A DNA stretch of 64,000 nucleotides from Actinomycetota bacterium (GTDB taxonomy: Bacteria; Actinomycetota; JBBINU01): NCBI GenBank assembly GCA_037443725.1, contig JBBINU010000006.1, forward strand, positions 73,748 to 137,747, read 5' to 3'. Positions 42,939-50,980 of the stretch are shown here, piece by piece. Numbering within the stretch: the first letter of the stretch is position 1; each line of letters begins with the position of its first letter. The position numbers and the translations under genes were made by a program. The notes beneath the pieces were generated by a model. That model saw only the letters and a list, made by a program, of their open reading frames with translations. It was not told the origin of the DNA and did not search any database.

Positions 42939-43008
42939 CAGCTTGAAGGGGTAACCGCCGGAGAGCGGAGAGGAAGGCCCAGAGGAGTTTGTCCATGCAG
43001 GAGGAGGG

Positions 43009-43857
43009 ATGAGCCGAGCTGCTCTCGCCCTCGCCCTAGGCGCGGCCGTCCTCGCAGCCATAGTGGCCGTGGCCTGGAGGGCCGCTCGGTGGAGGCCGAG
43101 GCGCCTGCCCGAGGTCCCGCCAGCCTCGAGACCCGGCCCCTCCGATGAAGAGCTGGACAGCCGGATCATCCTCCGCTGGAGGGCCCTGGGCTTTCTCACC
43201 ACCCTCTTCATGGCCCTCTTTCTCCCCGCTTACTTCCTGCTGGAGCCGGTGAGGATGCGCTCGGAGGAGAGGAGGCTCGAGGCCCAGGCCGTGGAGAGGG
43301 GTAAGCTCCTTTACGGGCCCACGGGCTTCAACTGCGCCCAGTGCCACGGCCCGAACGCTGAGGGAGGGCTCGTCCCCGGCGGCTTCCAGGGAAAGCAGTG
43401 GGCCGCCCCCGACCTCACCACGGTCTACCAGAGGTACAGCAAGAACAGGCTCGTTCCCGACGTCTGGGAGTTTGTCAGGCTCACCATCGAGATGGGGAGG
43501 CCGAGAACGCCCATGCCCGCTCTCGGGGTGCGCTTCGGCGGGCCCCTGAACGACCAGCAGATAGCCGACATAATCGCCTGGCTCAAGACAATCCAGCGGC
43601 AGGTTCCCCTGGTCACCTCCACCGACGCCCGCGCCGTCTTCTCCGCCAACTGCGCCGTCTGCCATGGGCCCGACGCGCGGGGTGGCCAGATCGGCCCCGA
43701 CCTCACCCGGGTGAGCTCGAGGCTCAGCCGGGACCAGCTGAGGGAGACCATCACCCTCGGGAGGCCAGGGACGGACATGCCCCCATGGGGAACCAGGCTC
43801 TCGCCAGAGACTATAGAGGCCCTCGTCGCCTACATCGAGTCCATCCAGAGAGAGTGA
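43009..43857 (+). CDS. Membrane-anchored diheme cytochrome c of the Rieske/cytb complex
   Basis: Two transmembrane segments, CAQCH and CAVCH, each followed by an MP axial Met. Confidence 0.9.
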   Translation: MSRAALALALGAAVLAAIVAVAWRAARWRPRRLPEVPPASRPGPSDEELDSRIILRWRALGFLTTLFMALFLPAYFLLEPVRMRSEERRLEAQAVERGKLLYGPTGFNCAQCHGPNAEGGLVPGGFQGKQWAAPDLTTVYQRYSKNRLVPDVWEFVRLTIEMGRPRTPMPALGVRFGGPLNDQQIADIIAWLKTIQRQVPLVTSTDARAVFSANCAVCHGPDARGGQIGPDLTRVSSRLSRDQLRETITLGRPGTDMPPWGTRLSPETIEALVAYIESIQRE

Positions 43858-43869
43858 GGGGGTGAACAG

Positions 43870-44580
43870 GTGGGCGGAACCCTGCTGGCAGCGGAGGCCG
43901 GGAGGCCGCCCGGAGCCGGCCTCACCGGCGTCATCGCCGTCCTCACGGGGGTGTTGCTCTTCATAGGGAGTATCTACATGCTCCTCTGGGCGGTCCTCGG
44001 CAGGAGGAGGGCATACCTGGTTCTAATGGTCTCCCTCTCCGGCTGGATGATCCTGCTCTCGGCCATCTGGGTCTTCGGCGCCCCCGGCACGAGGCCCGGC
44101 GAGGGGGCTACCGGGACCCCTCCCCACTGGGAAGTGTTCCTAACAGGTGATCCCCGGGCGTCCCGCTTCTCCGGGCTCTTATCCGCCTTTCCCTCCTCCC
44201 CCTGGGTGGAGGCGGGCCCGAAGATGGGACCGGTGGAGACCTCCCGCGAGGTCGAGGCCTTCCTCGCGGTGGCCAAGGAGAAGGCCGCGGAAGCCCTTTC
44301 GGAGAGGGGGAAGAGGGTCTCCCCCGATGCTCTAAGGGCGGGACCGGTGAGATTCGCTGAGGCGGGTAGGGACATCCTCGCCGCAGCCGAGGTGGCCCCA
44401 CCGGGGGGCGGCACCCCCCTCAGGGTTTACGGCCTCTGGAACCCGGGAAGCCTTCTCCTACCCTCCTGGATAGCCCTGGGCGCGAGCGTCCTCATCTTCC
44501 TCAGCCACCTCTGGCTCCTCGCCAGGGATGAGGTGAGGGAAGAAGAGCAAGCCAGAAGAGTAGCCGCGGGAGCCGCCTAG
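43870..44580 (+). CDS. Hypothetical membrane protein (3 predicted TM)
   Basis: Starts 12 nt after the cytochrome c gene; two N-terminal and one C-terminal hydrophobic helix. Confidence 0.7.
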   Translation: MGGTLLAAEAGRPPGAGLTGVIAVLTGVLLFIGSIYMLLWAVLGRRRAYLVLMVSLSGWMILLSAIWVFGAPGTRPGEGATGTPPHWEVFLTGDPRASRFSGLLSAFPSSPWVEAGPKMGPVETSREVEAFLAVAKEKAAEALSERGKRVSPDALRAGPVRFAEAGRDILAAAEVAPPGGGTPLRVYGLWNPGSLLLPSWIALGASVLIFLSHLWLLARDEVREEEQARRVAAGAA

Positions 44581-44620
44581 ACCCGCGCGGCCCCTGCTCG
44601 ATCGCGCCCGTGCTCGACCT

Positions 44621-45589
44621 CTAAAGCCGGCGGGGCGCCCTCGAGAGCTTACCCAGGGGCCCTAGCCGCCCGGCCAGGCGGAGCCAGCCCCCCAGGGGAA
44701 GGGCGAGGGCCAGGGCCGCCAGGAGCGCCAGCCACGGAACCACGAGCTCCAGGGCCGAAGTGGCCGCCACCCTCGCTTCTCCGGAGACCAGATCCACCTC
44801 GGCTCTTACCAGGCCAGCCAGCCCCGGCCGCCACGGGAGGCTCACCTCCCTCACCTCCGCCGGCCCGAGCTCGAGCTCCTGGCGGGGGAGCTCCCTCTGC
44901 CCACCCACCATGAACCCCAGAACCCGCCCACCGAGATCGGTGCGGACGCGGGAGTCGGTGTTGTTTCCAACCCTGGCCACAACCACCGCCCTTCGGGGAA
45001 GAGCCCCTCCCTCGATCTGGAGCCTCACCTCGCCTAGACTGACGGGGGTCTCCCTGGCGGAAGAGTCCACCACCTTTACGAGGAGGGCGAGGCGCGCCAC
45101 CACCTGGACCCCAGCGCCCTCGGGGGGCTCAGCCCAGGCCACCACCGCGCCGAGCCACGGCCCTGGCCCCCGGGATGAGCCCGGCCTCACCACGGTGAGA
45201 CCAACCACCCTGCTCCCGCCGGGCGGGAGGGAGAGCGTGCTCTCCCCCAGGCGGACCCAGCGCCCAGCCCCTCCGAAGGCCCCCGGCGGTCCATGCTCGA
45301 GGCCACCGCCGGAGACCCTCGCATCCTGGACCTCGAGTCTCACCCTGATAGGAGCGGAAGAGCGGTTCCCCACCACAAGGGAGTCCCTCCCCACAGATCC
45401 CGGAGCCAGGGCAAAGAAGAACCCCGTCCTCCTCCTCCCCTGGACCGCCGGGGGCCAGGGTTCGAGGGAGAGCTCCTCCGTCTGGACGGCGCGGGCGGGG
45501 AGAGGGAGGCCGGCCGCGACCAGGAGGCCGAAGGCCAGGCCCGCATGGAGAAGGGGTGGGCGGCGCCTCCTCGCTCTCACGCCGCCCAC
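44621..45589 (-). CDS. Exported, C-terminally anchored protein (DUF916-like)
   Basis: Signal peptide ending ARA, FFFALAPGSVGRDSLVVGN and C-terminal VVPWLALLAAL helix; start uncertain. Confidence 0.6.
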   Translation of the reverse strand: MGGVRARRRRPPLLHAGLAFGLLVAAGLPLPARAVQTEELSLEPWPPAVQGRRRTGFFFALAPGSVGRDSLVVGNRSSAPIRVRLEVQDARVSGGGLEHGPPGAFGGAGRWVRLGESTLSLPPGGSRVVGLTVVRPGSSRGPGPWLGAVVAWAEPPEGAGVQVVARLALLVKVVDSSARETPVSLGEVRLQIEGGALPRRAVVVARVGNNTDSRVRTDLGGRVLGFMVGGQRELPRQELELGPAEVREVSLPWRPGLAGLVRAEVDLVSGEARVAATSALELVVPWLALLAALALALPLGGWLRLAGRLGPLGKLSRAPRRL

Positions 45590-45634
45590 CCCCCTTCCCT
45601 AACTGCCTTTCCCATCCTAGAGATGGGGATAGCC

Positions 45635-46540
45635 ATGCGTCGGTCCTGCGTCGTGCTGATCTCGGCTCTGTTGATGGCGGGTGCGGCCGGACCTGTCTCG
45701 CGCGCCGAGGCCCACTTGCAAGCGAACATCGATGACCACCAGGGCTTCGACCGCTGCGGCACGATGAGCACCGGCGAGCTCGAGGCGTTTTGGGCGGGCA
45801 CCTCGCTCTACACGGTCGGGATCTACATCGGAGGCGAGACGGCACAGCGGGTCGGGTGCTTCCTACCCGATCGGAGCTGGGTGGACGCCGTCCGGAACCA
45901 GGGATGGGGCATCGTCTTCATCTGGGATGGGCTCCAGGCTCCGTGCTCCCGGAATACCTACCGGATGAGCTACGACACGAACATCGCCTACAATCAAGGC
46001 GTCGACGCCGCTACGAGGGCGTTTATCCGCCTCACCGACCTTGGAGTCGACGAGGTGGGGTCGGTGGAGTATGTCGACATCGAGTACTACGACTCAAGCA
46101 ACACGCCGTGCAGGAATGCCGTGAACGCCTTCCTTCTGGGATGGGCCGACCGGCTCGCTGCGTTGGGCGACCGGTCCGGAGTGTACTCGAGCTCGTCGGC
46201 AGCGATCCGCGGTCTCATCCTCGGCGCGTGCTGGAACGCGCGCTGCCCGGACAACGTGCGGATGGCGCGATGGTGCTCGTCCACCCAGATCACTGCCGGG
46301 ACGTGCGTGGACACGGTTTGGGGCGACCCGTACGTCGCGGACGGCTACTGGTACTGGCACCAGCGCTTGCGGCAGTACCGGGGGCAGCACGCCCACAGCT
46401 TCAACGGACAGAGCTTGTACGTCGACGACGACTGCAACCTGGGGCAGGTGGCCCGGGCCTGGGGGCATGATCCATCTGGCCACGACCCGAAGACGGCGCA
46501 CCCTGAGTGTCTCGGCGACGCGATCTCCCACCGTTTTTAG
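45635..46540 (+). CDS. Secreted DUF1906/Rv2525c-like glycoside hydrolase (putative peptidoglycan hydrolase)
   Basis: Signal peptide, GFDRC, VGIYIGG, IWDGLQAPC, YVDIEYY, GVYSS and RLRQY. Confidence 0.8.
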   Translation: MRRSCVVLISALLMAGAAGPVSRAEAHLQANIDDHQGFDRCGTMSTGELEAFWAGTSLYTVGIYIGGETAQRVGCFLPDRSWVDAVRNQGWGIVFIWDGLQAPCSRNTYRMSYDTNIAYNQGVDAATRAFIRLTDLGVDEVGSVEYVDIEYYDSSNTPCRNAVNAFLLGWADRLAALGDRSGVYSSSSAAIRGLILGACWNARCPDNVRMARWCSSTQITAGTCVDTVWGDPYVADGYWYWHQRLRQYRGQHAHSFNGQSLYVDDDCNLGQVARAWGHDPSGHDPKTAHPECLGDAISHRF

Positions 46541-46556
46541 GGAGGAGGTAAGGTTT

Positions 46557-47726
46557 GTGAGCGTGCGTGCGAAGAGCCATCGGGTCGCCCCATTGGTGGC
46601 TGCGCTTGCGCTTTTGGCAGGGGCGTGCGGGCAGGGCTCCAAGATCTCCCAGTCCCTTCGGGCTCCGCAGGCCAGCGGTCCCCGCATTCTGCAGATGCGG
46701 TTCTTCAGAGACGGATCGGGATGGCTCGTGGCGGACCGCGGCGTCCTGCGGACGACCGACCGCGGGCGATCGTGGACGAACGTGACGCCGCCACGTCTGC
46801 GGGGGCGGGCCCTGGACGAGGTCAGCCCCATCATGTTCTTCCGGACACGGACCGAGGGCTGGCTGGCTGCATTCCTCGATCCCTCCACGCCCACGACGCT
46901 CAGCGTGCTGAGGACGACCGACGGGGGTCGGACGTGGAGAGAGCGGCCGCTGGCCGTCGACCTCCGCGGTGAGGATCCGGGCGGCGGCGTTCTGTTCTCC
47001 CTGGACGACCGCAACGCCTGGCTCGTGATCAAGGCGGTGAGCGGGTCCGCCCACAGCCGCGGTGTGCTCTACCGCACGACCGACGGGGGCGAGAGCTGGC
47101 GGCGGCTGGAGATTCCGATGGCTGATGCCATCCGGTTCACCACCCCGCAGGACGGCTGGATGGCGGGGGGGCCGGCCGGAGGGGCGTTGTTCGTCACGCG
47201 AGACGGTGGGCTGACCTGGCAGGAGCAGGTCGTGCCCGGAAGGCACCCCGTGAAGCCGTGGCGCACCACCGTGGCGCTTCCCGTCTTCTTCGACGCAGAT
47301 CGGGGGGTACTGCCGGTGCAGACTCGACTCTCTGAGACCTCGGAGACGAGCCTGCTGCAGTTCTACGTGACGGGGGATCGAGGGAACCTCTGGCTTCCCG
47401 CAGGGGCGCCGGTGAAGACCGATCGCGGAGGCGACATCTTCTTCGGCGGCCACTCGATGGCGTCATTCGTGGACGCCGACAACTGGTTCTTGCTGGGGGA
47501 GGGCCTCCAGGCTTCCAGGGACGGCGGCAGGACGTGGTCAGTCGTGAACGACAGCCGGGACCTCCGTGACGCGGTACAGATCGAGTTCGCCAGCCCCAGC
47601 CAGGGTTTCGTGTACGTGGTACGGCGGGAGTGCCCGCAGCCGAAGCAGTGCACGGAGACGTCGGAGCTGCTCCGAAGCGACGACGGCGGGCGCACCTGGC
47701 GCGCGGTGCAGGTACCGACGGCGTAG
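46557..47726 (+). CDS. BNR/Asp-box repeat beta-propeller lipoprotein
   Basis: GGAGG ribosome-binding site, lipobox LAGAC and seven (S/T)xDxGxxW repeats. Confidence 0.8.
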   Translation: MSVRAKSHRVAPLVAALALLAGACGQGSKISQSLRAPQASGPRILQMRFFRDGSGWLVADRGVLRTTDRGRSWTNVTPPRLRGRALDEVSPIMFFRTRTEGWLAAFLDPSTPTTLSVLRTTDGGRTWRERPLAVDLRGEDPGGGVLFSLDDRNAWLVIKAVSGSAHSRGVLYRTTDGGESWRRLEIPMADAIRFTTPQDGWMAGGPAGGALFVTRDGGLTWQEQVVPGRHPVKPWRTTVALPVFFDADRGVLPVQTRLSETSETSLLQFYVTGDRGNLWLPAGAPVKTDRGGDIFFGGHSMASFVDADNWFLLGEGLQASRDGGRTWSVVNDSRDLRDAVQIEFASPSQGFVYVVRRECPQPKQCTETSELLRSDDGGRTWRAVQVPTA

Positions 47727-47788
47727 AAAAAGCTCGGCGCCCGGCGAGGGCGGCCACCTGCGCCAGCCGGGGCCCGCGGCAGCGGACG

Positions 47789-48302
47789 ATCAGCGACACC
47801 CCCGAGCGGGCCGCCTTCGGGGCCCAGTTCCGCGACTGGCTGCGCCAGAACCTCCCGGAGGGGGGGATGGAGGCCATCGAGGGGTGCGACGACGAGGCCT
47901 TCGCGGCGGCCCGCCGCCACTTCGACCTCTGGGAATGGAACCGCCGCATGGGGGCCTCCGGCTACGCCGCTCCCCTCTGGCCCCGGGAGTACGGGGGGGC
48001 CCCGGCATCGAGGTCCGCCCCCTGCGGGAGATGACGGGGTCGGCGGAGCTCAACGAGGTGTACTTCACGGACGTCTGCATCCCCGACGACAACCGGGTGG
48101 GCGCGGAGGGGGAGGGCTAGCGCGTGGCCCGCTGGTCCGCCAGGGCATCGCGGGGCTGTACGTGGAGGAGGTCGCGGGCGAACACCATCGAGGGGGGGAC
48201 CTCGGAGGTGCCGCGCACGAGGTCGGAGAGCGGATCCTGAGCCTGCCGCGAGAGCCGGAGGCCGACCGCAGCGACCCCTGGAAGGACACCCGCCGAAGCT
48301 GA
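47789..48302 (+). pseudogene. Acyl-CoA dehydrogenase pseudogene with internal deletions
   Basis: Fragments in different frames: FRDWLRQNLP...WPREYGG; PGIEVRPLREMTGSAELNEVYFTDV...VGAEGEG then stop; SRANTIEGGTSEV; GERILSLPREP. Confidence 0.8.
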
Positions 48303-48401
48303 CCCCCAGGGCGCGAGGGGGATCAGCCATGAGCGGGCGCCCGCACACGCCGGGCGCTCAGAAAGAGGCCTCCGCGTCCCTTGTGGGCTAGTTCGGGCCT
48401 C

Positions 48402-49190
48402 TCAATTGGACGAGGCCAGCCAGCGAACCCTGGACCAGCGCTCCACCAGAGCCCGGTAGTGGAAGAAAGCCCTTTCCTCCTCCCCCCTGGCCAGGGCCTC
48501 CACCGCCTCCCAGGCGTCTCGGGAGGAGTTTTCCCTGCCAGCCTCTTCCTCCCCCATGAGGTTCACTAGGGTTGCGTAGTCCAGCTCCACCAGGGCCTCC
48601 GGGTGGAAACCCCGGAGCCAGCCCTGAAGCTCTCGGACCCGGGCCGCTGGCTCGGGATCGGGGAGCCGGGCCTTGAGCACCCCGCCGGCCTTCTCCAGCC
48701 GCTCTAGAGCGGACGCCAGGGCCGTCGTGTACCTTGGGGCCGGCCTCCCGCCGCGCAGCACCGTTGGCTCCATCCTCCTCTCCCAGGGGTCGAAGCAGAG
48801 GAACCAGTGGAAGGGGATCTGGAAGGGGGCCTGGAGGACATGACCCCTCACCTCCTTCCTCCCCATGAGCTCCTCTTCGGCCACGGCTGCCTCCTCGGGC
48901 TTGAAGATGGCGGAGAGGGCCGGCGGAGGGAGCAGCCGCCTCAGGGCGACCACGGCATAGAGAGCGCGGAGCCTCGGCCGCCAGGGGCAGATGTAGGTCC
49001 TCCCCCCCACCTCCCTCACCTCCCCCAGGTGTTCAGCGGTGGCGAGGCGGGCGAGGGCCCGGGAGAGGCTCACACCCCCGCCCGCGTACACCACAGGCGG
49101 CTCCCGGGTAGCCGGCCGGAAGGCCGCCCTGTCCTCGGGGTCCAGGGCTTCTGCCGGCTCAAAGACCTTTAGGAAAGCCGAGGGAGTCAC
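48402..49190 (-). CDS. Conserved actinobacterial hypothetical protein
   Basis: ICPW, IPFHWF and FHPEALVELDY; divergent from the Leu/Val dehydrogenase, an arrangement recalled from Streptomyces. TATAAT lies 6 nt before the GTG. Confidence 0.75.
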   Translation of the reverse strand: MTPSAFLKVFEPAEALDPEDRAAFRPATREPPVVYAGGGVSLSRALARLATAEHLGEVREVGGRTYICPWRPRLRALYAVVALRRLLPPPALSAIFKPEEAAVAEEELMGRKEVRGHVLQAPFQIPFHWFLCFDPWERRMEPTVLRGGRPAPRYTTALASALERLEKAGGVLKARLPDPEPAARVRELQGWLRGFHPEALVELDYATLVNLMGEEEAGRENSSRDAWEAVEALARGEEERAFFHYRALVERWSRVRWLASSN

Positions 49191-49294
49191 GCCAGGATTA
49201 TAAGAAAGCCCTCATGAGAGGTCGGGCGGCTTGGACCCTTGGCGAGCCTCCCTCCCGGCGATATGCTCCGAGCGGGACGGAAGGAGGTGACGCC

Positions 49295-50371
49295 GTGGGG
49301 GTATTCGACGCCATGGAGGAGGGGTACCAGGAGGTAGCCTTCTTCCATCACCCGTCCTCCGGTCTCAAGGCCATAGTCGCCGTTTACTCCACCGCCCTCG
49401 GACCTGCCCTCGGGGGCGTCCGCATGTATCCCTACTCCAGCGAGGAGGAGGCCCTCACCGACGTCCTCAGGCTGGCCAAGGCCATGGCCTACAAGGCCGC
49501 CGCGGCCGGCCTGGATCTGGGCGGGGGTAAGGCCGTCATTCTGGGCGATCCCGCCAGGGATAAGAGCGAGGAACTCTTAAGGGCCTTTGGAGCCTTCGTG
49601 GACGGCCTGGCGGGCAGGTACATAACCGCCACCGACGTAGGGATGACCGTGGCCGACATGGATCAGATAGCCCGGGAGACTTCTTACGTCGTCGGGACTT
49701 CCTGGGGGGCAGGGGATCCGTCCCCGGCAACGGCCCTCGGAGTCCTAGAGGGGATGAAGGTCTGCCTGGAGGAGGCCACAGGAGACGCATCCCTTGCAGG
49801 AAGGAGGGTAGCCGTTCAGGGAGTGGGGAAGGTGGGGGGAAACCTGGTAAGGCTCCTCGCCGCCGAGGGGGCGAGGATCGTGGTGGCGGATGTGAACCCG
49901 GTCCTCGCCGCCCGCGCCGCCCAGGAGTGGGGGGCGGAGGTGGTGGAGCCCTCCAGGATCCACGCCGTCCAGGCAGATGTCTTCAGCCCCTGCGCCATGG
50001 GAGGGATCCTTAACCCCGAGACCATACCCGAGATAAAGGCCCCGGTCGTGGCCGGGGCCGCCAACAACCAGCTCCTCAGCGCCGAGGACGCTCTTCTCCT
50101 CGACAAGCGCGGAATCCTCTACGCGCCTGACTACGTCATAAACGCGGGCGGGCTCATCCACGTCGCGGCAGAGCTCGGCGGTTTCGACCCGGAGAGAGCC
50201 GCCCAGGCAGTGAGGAGGGTCTCCTCCAGGCTGAGGGAGGTGATCCGCGCGGCGAGGGAGATGGGGCTCACCACAGCCGAGGCGGCGGACCGCCTGGCTG
50301 AGGAGAGGATGAGGAGGATAGGGGGGCTACGGGCCATAGGCAGGGGGATCCGAAGGCGCCAGGGCGGCTAG
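49295..50371 (+). CDS. Glu/Leu/Phe/Val dehydrogenase (Leu/Val type)
   Basis: GPALGGVR, GGGKAV, QGVGKVG, GAANNQ and PDYVINAGG; AGGAGG ribosome-binding site. Confidence 0.92.
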   Translation: MGVFDAMEEGYQEVAFFHHPSSGLKAIVAVYSTALGPALGGVRMYPYSSEEEALTDVLRLAKAMAYKAAAAGLDLGGGKAVILGDPARDKSEELLRAFGAFVDGLAGRYITATDVGMTVADMDQIARETSYVVGTSWGAGDPSPATALGVLEGMKVCLEEATGDASLAGRRVAVQGVGKVGGNLVRLLAAEGARIVVADVNPVLAARAAQEWGAEVVEPSRIHAVQADVFSPCAMGGILNPETIPEIKAPVVAGAANNQLLSAEDALLLDKRGILYAPDYVINAGGLIHVAAELGGFDPERAAQAVRRVSSRLREVIRAAREMGLTTAEAADRLAEERMRRIGGLRAIGRGIRRRQGG

Positions 50372-50379
50372 GGGGGCGA

Positions 50380-50961
50380 GTGCTCGAGATCCGGTTTCAC
50401 GGGAGGGGGGGACAGGGGGCGGTAGTGGCCTCGAATCTCCTGGCCGCGGCCCTCTTCTCCGAGGGGTGGGAGGTCCAGTCCTTCCCCACCTTTGGTGTCG
50501 AGAGGAGGGGAGCCCCCGTGGCAGCCTACGTCAGGGCCGATAAGCGCCCCATATATCTCCGGTGCCAGATAAGGAACCCGGACCACCTGGTCGTCCTTGA
50601 TCCCAGCCTCCTCGGCATGCTCCAACTCACTTCGGACCTGAAGCCGGGAGGGTGGGTGGTGGTGAATACTCCCTCCCCGCCATGGGCCCTCGGCCTCCCG
50701 GGTTTCCGGGTAGCCGCCGTGGACGCCGGGAGGATCGCCCTCTCGTGGGGGCTCGGCTCGGCGGGTGCTCCCATCGTGAACACCGCCATCCTCGGGGCCT
50801 TCGCAGCGGCTACAGGCCTCGTGAGACTCTCCAGCGTTCTGGAGGCGGTGGGGGCCGCGTTCGGGGGCCCAGAGCTAAGGAAGAACCTGGGGGCCGTGGA
50901 GGAGGCGGCCCGGGAGGTGGCCACCTGGGAGGGGGATCCCTCCCAGGTGGCGGTGGGATAG
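50380..50961 (+). CDS. porC: 2-oxoacid:acceptor oxidoreductase gamma subunit
   Basis: EIRFHGRGGQG, FGVERRGAPV and NTAILGA. Confidence 0.92.
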   Translation: MLEIRFHGRGGQGAVVASNLLAAALFSEGWEVQSFPTFGVERRGAPVAAYVRADKRPIYLRCQIRNPDHLVVLDPSLLGMLQLTSDLKPGGWVVVNTPSPPWALGLPGFRVAAVDAGRIALSWGLGSAGAPIVNTAILGAFAAATGLVRLSSVLEAVGAAFGGPELRKNLGAVEEAAREVATWEGDPSQVAVG

Positions 50962-50980
50962 GGGCGATGGGGGAGGCGGG

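Noticed and set aside
46740-47705. Recurring ACGACCGACGG/GACGTGG-like DNA motifs
   Set aside because: They encode protein Asp-box repeats and are degenerate and irregularly spaced, so this is not a CRISPR array.
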